From Squalus acanthias (Eukaryota): a DNA stretch of 64,000 nt. Both the position numbers and the translations under genes were made by a program. Positions 49,916 through 62,456 of the stretch are shown here, piece by piece (within the stretch, counting starts at the first letter, position 1; every line of letters begins with the position of its first letter). The DNA lies in assembly GCA_030390025.1 (NCBI GenBank), contig JASTWF010000760.1:62001-126000 (forward strand), in the 5' to 3' direction. The notes below the pieces were generated by a model. It saw nothing but the letters and a program-made list of their open reading frames with translations, did no database searches and was not told the DNA's origin.

Positions 49916-50154
49916 CCTTGTTGCGAATGCGCTATACCATGCTTGTACTATCCACAGGAGGGCGCTCTCTGATCACTTTATAAAGATGATGATCCCAACA
50001 GAAAGGAAGTGGCTGTTTAGACCTATACAAATGGGCGGGGAGCAGAAATCCAAACCGATCTGATGAGATCCCTGCGCTGTTTCAGTTCATCCCATTCCAG
50101 GCCCGGTATAGGCAATGATCACAGTCTCTTGGTTCTGGAGTTCAGACTGAAACC

Positions 50155-50626
50155 ATGAAGGTGAAACTCTGCGTGACTCTGGTTATTGTCCTGATCACAT
50201 GTCGGTGATATTGGAACCATCCTATAACATTCTCAAATCCCCATCTACATCTCTGGGTTATTGTTCTCTTTCTGTTACTCCGTCTAACCCGGTGTGTGTC
50301 CACTGTTTATTTTCAGAGATGAGTAATGGAGACTCGGTGTCCCAGTCAGAACAAGGAGTCGGATCAGAAGAGGGTGCAGATTCAACAATAACCTGCAGTT
50401 ACTCTCTATCGGGTTCAGCTGAAAACTATGGCCTGTTCTGGTATCGGCAGTTTTCCCACCAAGCCCCTCAGTATCTGCTCAGAGCCGATAGTTATGGGAA
50501 TAACGAGACGGCTCCGGGTTTTGAACACTTCACTGGGAATGTCAACCAGACACAAGGCACTTTTCACTTATCCATGAAAGGCATGAAGATCGCAGACAGC
50601 GCCGTGTATTACTGTGCCCTGAGACC
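50155..50626 (+). CDS. TRAV/TRDV: TCR alpha/delta V segment (leader 50155-50200, V exon 50317-50626); the V exon is open but the predicted splice junction forms TAG
   Basis: MKVKLCVTLVIVLIT; MSNGDSVSQ..ITCSY..WYRQ..DSAVYYCALRP. RSS CACAGTG-23-ACAAAAACA (50627-50665). Confidence 0.85.
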
Positions 50627-51594
50627 CACAGTGAATAAGGGACCCTCTATCCTCATACAAAAACATGACACAGGTCGGCAACAAGGGTGCACTCCGGGAA
50701 AATACCAGGGATTGAATCCCAGAGAGCTTGTCGAGGAAATAAATGTGAAAATACAGCCTGATCCGAGCGGTTTTCTCTCGTTAAATTCATTGCTGTCAGT
50801 GTTGGGATAAATGACGTCTCGCTATCATTTTAATGCAGCGTCAAATTCAGACATTTCCAGCTCCCTGTTAGCTCAGACATGCAGATCTCTGGGATGAATA
50901 ACAGGATCAATCTGTACAAGTAAGAGTCCTGGATATGGTGCATATCTACCAAGTGACATCTTTCAAAAGCGATCTAATCTCAGAGTCGGCCTCGGGGGCG
51001 TCACACTTCCAAATTTCTGGGATTCCAGTGGTAAAACATCGTGACTGAGTGAAATCAGCACTTTACTGGAACAAGTTGAGCCTCAGTGGTATCACATCCC
51101 GGTGTGACTACTTAACATGCCCGCGTGGCTTTAGGACTGTAACTATTAATGATGTTGATGGATTGGAGGGTATTCTTTAATGCCAGGGCTTGAGACTAAT
51201 TTGGAATTATTTTAATTTTTACCTTAATTAGAGAGATATCTTCCTATCTATAGATAGAGACATTGAGTTCCACAGAAAGAGAGACAAAGCGAGAAAGAGA
51301 CAGAAAGACTGACAAAGAGACACAGGGCAAGAGAGTGACACAGGGAGAAAGACACACAGACACTGACATGAAAGGAAAGTGTTTGGAGAGAGCCAGGAGT
51401 AATTGGTCCTCAACTAACACTGATTGGTCCACAGCTGACGTCAATTCTGTGTGACCAGCCAATCCGGGCCCAGAGAAACGCCCCTCGGTTTCTGAATAAG
51501 TGAAGCCTGCCGCTGAGTTGGGTTTAATGTTTAGTATCAGACTACAACGGTTCAAAACATCCTGCTATTTTCTGTCGAACTCTAACCAAATACT

Positions 51595-52032
51595 ATGTGC
51601 TCGCTATGTTCCTTACTGATACTAATGGTCGTGCTGTCCGGTGAGTCTATGTTTACACGGTCAGTGTGTGTTCCATGGGTTATATTTACTCCCGGACCTT
51701 TGTCACATTCTTTATTTTGTTACAGGAACGAGTGGCAAAGACTCAGTGTCCCAGCATCCGTCGGAGTTAAAGGTTCAGGAAGGACAGACCATAATACTGA
51801 ACTGCAGTTACACCACATCCAAGAACTTTCCCTATGTCTTCTGGTACATCGAATACCCCGGGGAAGCTCCGAGATATTTACTGAAGAGATACGGCAAGGG
51901 GCAGGGGGATAAGTCTCCAGATTTCCCAGACCGGTTCTCTGCTGATTTGGAACAAGACAAGAAAGCGGTTCCTTTAATTGTCTCCGGGGCTCTTGTCTCT
52001 GACTCTGCCGTGTATCACTGTGCGCTGAGCCC
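51595..52032 (+). CDS. TRAV/TRDV: TCR alpha/delta V segment, apparently functional (leader 51595-51640, V exon 51726-52032); paralog of 1056-1493
   Basis: DSVSQHPSEL..LNCSY..WYIEYPG..DSAVYHCALSP. RSS CACACTG-23-ACAAAAACC. CRE TGACGTCA at 51436-51443 upstream. Confidence 0.93.
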
Positions 52033-53135
52033 CACACTGTTACAGGGGCGCAGTCAGTCCGTACAAAAACCAGCAAGGGACTCTCACTCCCTCTCACTGA
52101 ATCAGATCTGGGATCTGGATTGTGATAATACAACAGAACCAAACTATAAAAATTAAACGATGGATAAATAAATAGATGAATAGATAACTAAGTAGATAGA
52201 CCGGCAGAGATATGAATACATAGTCTCCCTCTCTTAACCTCCTCTCCCAATGATCCCTTCCTCCTTTGTTTCAAAGTATCCATCCCATGGCGACAAAACC
52301 AGCCCGTGTGAATTGCGGCTGCGGCGTCTGCGAGTGTAAAACGCGATGTGTTTCACTGCTCAGTCAGGGGTTTGTTATTATTAGTTTAGGAGCTGAATGA
52401 TGAGATAGTTGGACACGAGCGCTGTTCCAATCATCACCCGAGTTCCGGACTGCAATTACACCAAGAGATTGTTAAGATCGCGAAGTGTATAAAAAAGTTA
52501 ACTCTGAATATTACTTTCAATGAAACTGTGGAAGTAGAACCAGGGGAAGCAAGTTCAAACTATGAATAGTCAGCTTAGGACTGAAATCAGGAAACTCTTC
52601 AGACAGATTATGATTTACCTCTTGGTGTTCGCACCGTCCCATTCTACTCAAACCTGCCAGTCACTCTCCATTTTATTCATGTTAAAAGTAGCATTCCTCT
52701 AATTTACCGCATCGTTGTGTTCAAATCCTTCATGGCCCGCTTGCCGTCTATATCCCCCCTTTATATCGGCTGTGGTTAGTTCTAATGGTCAGTGAGCAGC
52801 TTCTTTAATGGGAAGCTTCGTCACTGCTGCCAGAACAACATTAACTGTTTCCCTTCACTGCTCTCACTTTACAGATTTAATCCCCTCCCTGTGAGAAAAA
52901 AACATTTCACCCCGTTCTTTGCTCCGCGCTCTGATGCCATGAATTGGAGCTGATTGGTTGAATTGGGAACAAAGGAACTGTGAGCTGATTGGTTGACTTG
53001 GAGAACGAAGGACTCTCTCACGAATGAACCAATCAGCAGAGAGGCCGGATATTACTCAAATGATTCCCAACACTTGAATTAAAAAATTCAGGTTCAACCT
53101 GTTCTGTTCAAATCCGCCATCAACTCTCTGCAAAC

Positions 53136-53775
53136 ATGTTGAGTGTGACATTTAATTTAGTCGTCACAACTGCAGCTCTCTTCACTGGTACTTTCACAAA
53201 TTACACAACATTGTGTTTCACATCTGCATCATACATTATATTTAATCGGTCAGTTCCCGGAACACAAGAATATCAATAGATTGATCCAAAGTGAAGAAAA
53301 CCATCCGGATCCACCTTGACTCAACACTGAGCACTGTTTGGGGAAACTGGACAATCTCCCCCAGTGAATGAAAGCGGAAGAGTTGTGGTTATATTACAGG
53401 CGAACGGCAGACAGATAGACACAGTGAAGTGACATTGTTTAATTTAATATTACTCTGGGCTCTTGCAGGACATTGTCGAGGAGACTCCGTTTCACAGACA
53501 CCGGCTGCAACCACAGTCAGTGAAGGAGACGATGTCCAGTTGCACTGTAATTATACAGCTACAAGCACCAGCGATCCTAATCTATTCTGGTACCGTCAGT
53601 ATCCCAGCGGATCCATAGAGTATCTGCTGAAGAGAAGCAAATATGGCGAGCAACAAGAGACACGTCCAGGAGTCCGTTTTTCAGCGAAGCTCAATGATTC
53701 GAGCCGAACCGTCCCGCTGAATGTGTCTGAAACACAACTGACAGACTCCGCGGTGTATTACTGCGCACTGAGCCC
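53136..53775 (+). CDS. TRAV/TRDV: TCR alpha/delta V segment, apparently functional (leader 53136-53187, V exon 53469-53775)
   Basis: MLSVTFNLVVTTAALFT|GHCRGDSVSQ..LHCNY..WYRQ..DSAVYYCALSP. RSS CACAGAG-23-ACACAAACT. Confidence 0.92.
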
Positions 53776-54339
53776 CACAGAGACACGGAGCTGGGCTGGA
53801 CCTGTACACAAACTGTCAGAGCGTCGCTCAACATATCAGCGCGTCAGGGGAACATTGTGATCAGGGGCGAGTCTCAGCTGGTCCCTGTATTTGTGATTAG
53901 ACATTGTGCTGTTAATTCTAATATATAGTTATCTTTATTCCTGCAATTTGTCTCTTTTTAAGTATTTATCCAATTCCCCTTTGAAAGTCATTATTGAATC
54001 TACTTCCACCGCCCTTTCAGGCAGTGAATTCCAGATCACAACAACTCGCTGAGTAAACAATCAAATCTCCTCATCGCCTCTCTGGTTCATTTGCCAAGAA
54101 TCTTCAATGTGTTTGTCCTCTGGGTACCGACCCTCCTGCCAGTGGAAACAGTTTCTCCTTATTTACTTTATCACAACTCTTCATATATTTCTGTTTGGAT
54201 ACAGTCACTCTGGGAATTCCTATTCCGAAATGCTATCCCGCTTTTGTTGTGTGAGCGACAATCTCACCGCCTGTTGGGATTTATTACTCACAGTTATTGG
54301 AACTTTATCTAAACGTTTCCCTCTCTGCCCTTTATACAG

Positions 54340-54642
54340 CGTCAGTGGATGGATCGCTCATTGGCCAATGGAAGAGGTGACCGCTCAGGAGGGAGAGATC
54401 GCGACAATAACCTGCTCCTATACAGAGGTGACCAGAGTTTGCCTGTCCTGGTACCGGGAGGGTCGGTCCGTGGGCCCGGAGAATATCCTCATCCGCTGCA
54501 CCGACCGGTTCAGTGACGATGCGAACTTTGCAAGACGGCGCTTCACCTCATCTTTGGCCAAAACTTACAGAGCCGTCAGTTTAAGGGTTTCACAGCTGAC
54601 AGCTGCGGATTCCAGGAAATGCTTCTGGGTCATAACACCGCA
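54340..54642 (+). pseudogene. Divergent TCR V segment with no leader found and second canonical Cys lost
   Basis: EEVTAQEGEIATITCSYTEVTRVCLSWYRE..LIRC..RFTSSL..DSRKCFWV. RSS CACGGTG-23-AGATAAACT. Confidence 0.8.
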
Positions 54643-54982
54643 CACGGTGCTGTATTTAGAGCAAGAGCCGACAGATAAACTACAGGTGCTCCGGCGCGGC
54701 AGACTGTGACAGTGAACTCTCTGGTTCATGTATCTCATGGTCCAATGTCACCGTGTAGTCTGACGGAGAAGGACAACAATTCTTCCATTCAAAATGTTTC
54801 CTCACGTGTCACAAACAGACAGACAGACAGACCGCTGTGTGAACGGATGATGTTGTTATTGTTGACCACAGATTGAAAATATCTGGAAAGTCCCTGGACT
54901 CCCAAATCCCTTTGGCCCTCCACAGGAATCTGAGCCAACAACACTTTCTCCAGAACATTCCACATTCTCGCTTCCCTTTGAA

Positions 54983-55437
54983 AGAAAGAAAGATTTGCAT
55001 TTCTACAGCGCATTTCGCAACCAGCGGACGTCCCAAAGCGCTTTACAGCCAATGAAGTACTTTTTGAAGTGTCGTCACTGTTGTAATGTAGGAAACGTGG
55101 CAGCCAATTTGCGCACAGCAAGCTCCCACAAACAGCAACATGATAATGACCACATAATCTGTTTACTAATGTTGCTTGAGCGATAAATATTGACCAAGAT
55201 AACTCCTCTGCTCTTTTTCGAAATATTGGGATTCATTACGTCCTCCTGAGTGGTCAGACAGGGCCTCGGTTTAACATCTCATCCGAAAGACGACACCTCC
55301 GACAGTGCAGCACTCCCTCAGTACTGACATCGGGAGGGTGCGCCTAGATTTTGTGCTCAGGTCTCTGGAGTGTGACTTGAACCCACAATGTCCTGACTCA
55401 GAGGCGAGAGTGCTACCAACTGAGCCAAGGCTGACCC
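54983..55437 (-). mobile_element. tRNA-derived SINE
   Basis: The minus strand starts with a tRNA-like head (A box TGGCTCAGTTGG, B box GGTTCAAGTC) and ends in a (TTTC)n tail. Confidence 0.85.
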
Positions 55438-57206
55438 CCTAGTACTTGTAGATTAGACCTTATTCTGTTCATTATAATGCATATGTACCTTTATTAATAA
55501 TAAATGTATAATATTTATATGCAAATGTAGCTGAATGAGCGAAATGCCTTTATTGAGGTAACCAGGCTGATGACTGACAGACAGATGGACAGCGGCCTCT
55601 CTGGGCCTCGCTCACTTATTCTCCCTCAGCAGTGGGTGGGGGGGGGGGGCAGCTTGTATCAGGGTTTCCCCAGTGCAGACACAGAAAAATGATCACGGGC
55701 ATCCGGCACCAGTTGAACTGAAAGGAAAAGAAAGTCAGTTGTTATGAATGCGGATTGCGGGTTGTTGTTGTTTATTGTGCGGATCAGAAAGGGTCAAATC
55801 TCCCAGCGGAAACTGTGAATTTCCAAGCTCCACTTCATCTAATTAATGTTTTTGTCCCTGTAAGTGTTGATGTACAAGGCTCGACATTCGCCATCAGCAT
55901 CACCGCAACAGACCTTCCCATAAATGGACACTGGGAACTGCCCCATACACACACTTATTGTCTGTTTTCACCCAATATCCGAACAATGTAAAAGGTCTCG
56001 TCGTATCCGCCAGAGGGCGCCGTGGTCCCAAGTTTCTCGCTGCTCCCTCGGGACTCGAACCATTGTTCTTCCTGATTTGTGTAAACGCATCATAATTTCA
56101 AAGCCTACTGCGTTTGTGTTCGTGCGTTTGTGTTCGTGCGATTCAGCAAAGTTTCCTCCCTCTCTTTTAATTGTCAGCTATTCATCGTCACAATCTCTAC
56201 CACGCTTATGAAGTATTTCCTTATACTGCAAATCTTAAAGCGACTGCGAGTGACATCTTTGGTAGCTGCCGTTTGAAAAAAACCCTTACATATTAAAATC
56301 TGGAATGAATGACACACTCAGAGAGACGGGACTGTAACCCGGGTGAGGAGTATCTCCCGTGTCAATAAGCACCATTTCCCTTCCCATGTGATTAATTTCA
56401 GCACAGTGGAATGGCGCCTCCTGTGAGTTTCAGGCAGACATTAATCTAACGGGTTCAGCAGATATTTGGGGAAGGGGCTCATGTTCCCCTCCGAGCAATT
56501 ACCAACACAGTCGGGTGATGGCGGTCAGATATTATCTCGAAGTTACAATATATCGGTTTGAAAGTAGATGAAGCTGTTGTTTATTTCAATCACTGCCACT
56601 AATCAGACTGCGGTGGTTGACGGGGAGTCGGGTTTGATTAAGCTGCTGGGGACCCATAGTGGGAAGATTTCCTCCGGTCTCTCTCTGGAAATCTCATCCA
56701 CAAGTTGTTTTAACGAAATCGCAAGCTGATTATTTTAGAATGTGTTCACTATTTCGTTAGAAGTAGCGACCAGAGTAAATCTACCGCACAGAGCGGATAG
56801 TTCAGTGTAAAAAAATTGTTACAGCAGAAGGAAGTTAATGCTCTCGGTGAGCTGTCACACACCGACATAAAATAAACAAACACTCAGTGTGACGAATTCG
56901 GGCCCATTAAATAAATCCCCAAACTTGAGCAAAACTGAAACTTTCTTCACACCACAGGCAGCGCTCACTGAGTGACTGGCTTCACCTTCTGATAATTTAT
57001 ACCGTGGTTCAAAGGGTTTCAACTGAGCCATGAGCCTCACTTGAATCTCATTTCAGTATATGGCGGGTGTATTGGAGAGGGTGTCATTGGAGGGGAACAA
57101 TGAGAGCAGGAAGTGACGTTGGACCAATAGGAGCATCTGACGAGGTCGATTCCGGTCCGGAATTGGGCTTTTCCAGAGACCGACAGGTTCGGGCTCGGCA
57201 GCGGCC

Positions 57207-57661
57207 ATGCGGATATTCAGCGCCTGGGTTGTGTTTGGGGTGTTTATTGTCGGTAAGGATCAATCCAATCATGTCGTATTCAAACTAAAGTGTTAATATT
57301 ATTTCAGCTTTTAATACTCGGTCTTATCTTGTTACTGAACACATGTTACAGGTCAAAGAGATGGAGATACTGTTACTCAGTCCCAGACTTCAGTCAGCAG
57401 GGAGAAGGTGAAGCGGTGACTATAAGATGGAACCACATTACCACAGCCAACGACTATTATTTATATTGGTACCGGGAACTACCAGAGAAGGAGCCCTAGT
57501 TTGTAATAAGGAGACGTTCTTGGGACACACAGGAACGGAGAGGAAAAGGTTTCGGAATCCGTTTTTCTGCTCAGCTCCAGACCGCGACTAAATTCACCAG
57601 TTTAACCATTTTTCGGGCTGCAGCTGACTGACTCTGCCGTGTATTACTGCAACCTGGGACT
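57207..57661 (+). pseudogene. TRAV/TRDV: TCR alpha/delta V pseudogene (leader 57207-57252, V exon 57352-57661; two frameshifts, a stop, first Cys lost)
   Basis: DTVTQSQTS / GEAVTIRW..YLYWYRELPEKEP* ..RFSAQL.. / DSAVYYC. Good RSS CACAGTG-23-ACAAAAACT. Confidence 0.9.
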
Positions 57662-58019
57662 CACAGTGATGGAAAGCAGTCTCACTCCCGTACAAAAACT
57701 GCCATTGGACGGTAGGGCGGAGTTCCTGTCTGTTGGGGTTGTATCGAATCGCGGGCAGATGCAGCCACAATGTGCAGCGCGCTGTCAGGCGCTCAAACAA
57801 AAACCGAGAGGAAAACAAATTAACCTCGAATCAAACTGTCACCCAACTGAATCCAGGAGCGGTCGAGAAAACAAACTGCAGAATCCAATCGGACCAAATG
57901 ATCGATTAGAGAATGAACCGACCGGTTAAACTGTCCTTTCTGCTTCTAATCCGCTGTATTCCCTTTAAAATCATGGATCGATGTTCAGATTTGCTCCGAG
58001 AAAGTGGTCGCTTACACTC

Positions 58020-58655
58020 AAACGTCACTCAAATATCGCCGAAACAAGTCACCCAAACATGGCCGACGGAACGTCACTCAAACATGGCCGACGGCACATC
58101 ACTTCAACATGGCCGACATTACGTCACACAAACATGGCCGACGTGCGTCACACAGACTGCAGATTGACGTCACGCAAACACAAAGCGGGAGAGTCTAACG
58201 CTGACTGAAGCTCAATGCTACATTGCATATTCTTCAAGTTTACAGAATAGAAATGGGAGAAATAATTAATTGTACTTCAGTCAGCTTTAATGCTTTGACG
58301 CCGATGATCCCTTCTGGCTGTACACGTTAATAAGTACCGTCTACAGCAAGTGCAGATTGACGTTGTGGTAACACAATACAGCTTCCTGTGACTCGAACTT
58401 TATTACATCACTTCCTGTGATTAGTCCAGGATAAATATTGGGCTGATCAGTTGGATCCTGGAGAGGCATAGAGTAAGACCTCTTTTGTATGTAGCACCTT
58501 TTTAGTTGATTAAAGCTTACTTTAAGTTCACCACGCGTAAGGCTCATTCTTATGACAGACGTCACAGAGACTGCAGACTGACGTCACAGCGACTGCAGAC
58601 TGACGTCACGGAGACTGCAGACTGACGCCATACAGACTGCAGTTTGCACGATGTC
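58020..58655. repeat. Short GC-rich tandem repeats (cgtcac..aaacatggccga at 58020-58170; 22-bp gactgcagactgacgtcac units at 58555-58655)
   Basis: Directly visible. Confidence 0.75.
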
Positions 58656-59404
58656 ACCAGGGGACATGGGAATAGGAAAATCTGGGGATTGTGAAGGGAA
58701 TGGAGGTGATGGGGAGAAATGAGCGAGAGGACAAGCAGAAAAGATGGGGATAAATAGACGGAAAAAGCAGACGGGGAACGGAAAAACAAACAGTAGATTC
58801 AAATTCTGAACTGGAACAATAGAAGTGATTGATTGAAAGGAATATCTGATCAATGTACTCGTGCAGGTGAGTGAGCAACCCCTCGGTGGATCAGCCCCAC
58901 CCATGTCTGCTCTCCATGTTTAAGTATCTGAGCATTGCACATATACAAGTGAATGAGGTCCCTCACGGTGGACCAGCTCAGTGTCTGTCTGCTCTCAATG
59001 GTTAAAGATTTGAGCAATGTAGCTGTGCAGGTGAATGAAGCCACCTCCATCGATCAGCTCTTTGCCAGTCTGTACACTTTGAGAGGGAGATAGATAAAGG
59101 TGAGAATGAGTACAGTGAGACAGAGAGACACCAACAGAGGGAGATTGAATCAGGCGTGTATTTATAAATATAAAGTCACAAAAAGGGAACAGTTTAATAA
59201 GGGTTGTGCTGACTATTCCCCCATGAGGATAACCCCGGAAGCCGTGCAGCGCGGTAAAGGGATCGGCACTGTTCTGTGTAATACAAATGGACAATGAGAG
59301 GGCTGATTAAACAAAGCCTGACTGAGGTAGAGCGACTCACACGGACACTGGCAGAGAGAGTGACGATGGCTGAAACTCAGAGACACACAAACAGATTGCA
59401 GACT

Positions 59405-60015
59405 TTTTTTTATTCGTTAATGGGATGTGGGTGGCGCTGGCAAGACCAGCATCTATTTCCCATCTCTATTTGTCCTTGAGAAGGTGATGGTGAGCCGTCT
59501 TCTTGAAACGCTGCAGTCTGTGTGGTGAAGGTACTCCCACAGTGCTGTTAGGGAGGGAGTTCCAGGATTTTGACCCAGCGACAATGAAGGATCGGCGATA
59601 TATTTCCATGTCGGGATGGTGTGTGCCTTGGAGGGTGGTGGTGTTCCCATGCACCTGCTGCCTTTGTCCTTCTAGGTGGAAGAGGTCGCGGGTTTGGGAA
59701 GTGCTGCCGAAGAAGCCTTGGCGAGTTGCTGCAGTGCATCTTGTAGATGGTACACACTGCAGCCACGGTACGCTGGTGGTGGATGGAGTGAATGTTTAAG
59801 GTGGTGGATGGGGTGCCAATCAAGCGGGCTGCTTTGTCCTCAATGGTGTCGAGCTTCTTGACTGTTGTTGGAGCTGCAATCATCCAGGCAAGTGGAGAGT
59901 ATTCCATCACACTCCTTACTTGTGCCTTGTAGATGGTGGAAAGGCTTTGGGGAGTCAGGAGGAGAGACAGTCGCCGCAGAATACCTAGCCTCTGACGTGC
60001 TCTTGTTGCCACACC
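59405..60015 (-). mobile_element. Non-LTR retrotransposon (LINE) RT C-terminal and 3' fragment
   Basis: RARQRLGILRR..STIYKAQVRSVMEYSPLAW.. Confidence 0.85.
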
Positions 60016-61084
60016 ATGGGCCAGTTAAGTTTACATAGAACATAGAACATTACAGCACAGTACAGGCCCTTCGGCCCTCGATGTTGTGCCGAGCATTGTC
60101 CGAAACCAAGATCAAGCTATCCCTCTCCCTATCATTCTGGTGCGCTCCATGTGCTTATCCAATAACCGTTTCTGGTCAATGGTGACCCCCGGGATGTTGA
60201 TGGTGGGGGATTCGGCGATGGTGTGGACATTAGTGAACTAAATCGTTTTTTACAACAATATGATCGTTTCATGGTTACCATTACTGATACTAGCTTTTTA
60301 TTTCAGATTTATTTTAATTAACTGAATTTAAACTAATAGTTCAGGGAAGTGGCGTTGAGGTAGAAGATCAGCCATGATCTTATTGAATGGCGGAGCAAGC
60401 TCGAAGGGCCAAATGGCCGACTCCTGCTGCTATTTCTTATGCTTTTATGTTCTTAGTCTTTTGTATTCAGTCGGTCCTCTGACTATCTGGCACGGAGCCA
60501 AGAACACACCATGTGTGTCCTTAGAGATTATTATTCGATTAATGTTTGTTCATCAGCTTCTTCTCTTGTCCTGAATTTGAGCTTCTGGAACCTGCTTTTA
60601 CTGCAGATTTCACTTTATATATGGGCAAGTCTCTATAATTTTGAGAAATGTTCAATAAAGTTATTAGAATTATACGGGTCTTCCCCACCCGATCTATCTC
60701 TGTCTACACTGTAGACTGATATTTTAAACCAATTATTATTTGTCCGTTTGCCGTGCGTTATATCCGAAGCAGCGGTGCACCTGTTGCAGTACCCGCAGGT
60801 GTGTTTATTCTCAATGGGACTGGCGGTTCCTAAAGATACAGAAATGCACATCAACCATTTTTGATCTCATGCAGTTAATACAATAATCAGACGGAATCAG
60901 TATTCGATGTGAACGGTTTTATATGAGTTTGATGTGGATTCTGCTCGGGGTCTGCGCGCACAGGAATGTAGTCACGTGTCAGTGTCTGACCCGCTGTGAT
61001 AAACAGCCCACAACAGGCAGCAGCTGTGACCCAGAAACCTGCGGCAGTTATTGGACGAGGCTTTAGCTCGTTCCCATCACTGTG

Positions 61085-61388
61085 AGCCTCAGTGCACAGT
61101 AATGCACCGCGGTGTCAGTCAGCCGCAGCCCCGAGATGGTCAATCGGTACAAGTTCTCTGACCGCTGGACTGTATCAGAAAACCGGCCTTGAGCGAAATC
61201 CGCCTGATATTCAGCGCCGCCGCTCGTGTACCTCCGGACTGCAAACTCGGGCTGTCTGCCTGGGTATTGGCGGTACCAGAACAAGTAATAACCATCGCCG
61301 GGATAGGTGCAGGTTAAAGTGACATCTTCTCCCTCCGTCTGTGTGAGCGAGGACTCTCGCTGAGTAACAGAATCTCCATCGCTCAGAT
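61085..61388 (-). CDS. TRAV/TRDV: TCR alpha/delta V exon, open; the candidate leader (~62105-62060) appears decayed
   Basis: DLSDGDSVTQRESS..LTCTY..LFWYRQYPGRQPEFAV..DTAVHYCALRL. RSS CACAGTG-23-CCAATAACT. Confidence 0.88.
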
Positions 61389-62456
61389 CTGGAACACACG
61401 GTGAAAGAAAGCGGAAATCATCGGTTAAAGGTTCAAACTGAACTAACTGACGGTGAAAATGCGCAGCGAGTTTTACATAAAATTAAATAGAATTTACTGC
61501 ACAGAAAAAGGTCATTTGTCCCAACCAGTCTATGCCGTGTTTCTGCTCCACACGAGCCTCCACCCAGCCTTCTTCATCTCCCTCTATCAACATATCCTTC
61601 TATTCCTTTCTCCCTCGTGTACTTATCCAACTTCCCCTTCAATGAATCTATGCTGTTCGCCTCAACTATTGCTTGTGGCAGCGGATTCTGCATTCTAACC
61701 TTGGTAAAGACGTTTCTCCAGAATTCACCATTGGATTTTTTGTGATTATGTAGATGAAGATGTTCAGCGTGTTTCTCTCACTGTCAGTAATCAGGCTGAG
61801 GTGGTTGACGGGCCTCGGGTTTGATTAACCTTCTGCTGGGGACAAACAAGGGGAAGATTTCCTCTGGTCTTCCAAACACAGCGGGAAATCTCGTCCGATC
61901 GCTAGTTTAGTAGAATCGTCATTCATTGTTTTAGAACGCGTTCACTATGTCACTAGAAGTAGCGACCAGAGGAAATCTACCACTCAGAGCGGACACCTCG
62001 GTGTAGACACGAATATCACAGGAGAATGAGATTATTGCTCTCGGTGAGCCGTCACACACCGTCAGAAATTAAACCAACACTCAGAAAAGGGAAGGTTTAG
62101 AACCCTTTGAATATAATCCCAAATCTAAGCAAAGCTGCACACTTCTGTGCTGGTGTAAGGGGTTGGAAATGAAATAAACACAGCGGCAGTGAGGAGGGAA
62201 ACTTGAAATTGAACAGACATTACACGGTACATTGGCCGATTAAACCTGCGCGGGTTTACTCCTGTTCATCCCTCATTATAGAGTGAATGAAATCTAAAAC
62301 CATACTCCTCTATTAAGTGCTGCTGGGAGCTGCCCTGTGGGAATATTCTGTCCTAATCAGACCATCACAGGCGGGTATTCCGGCCACACACTGTTCTATT
62401 TACACACGGTGTGCTGCAGTTTTTGTACAGGACGAGCACAGAGCTGTGCAGCTGTG

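Noticed and set aside
53429-53468. Single-exon signal peptide MTLFNLILLWALAG
   Set aside because: It starts at GTG inside the intron's pyrimidine-rich end. A proper ATG leader exon exists at 53136-53187.
55375-55437. tRNA gene
   Set aside because: It is the tRNA-derived head of a SINE, continuous with the SINE body and tail.
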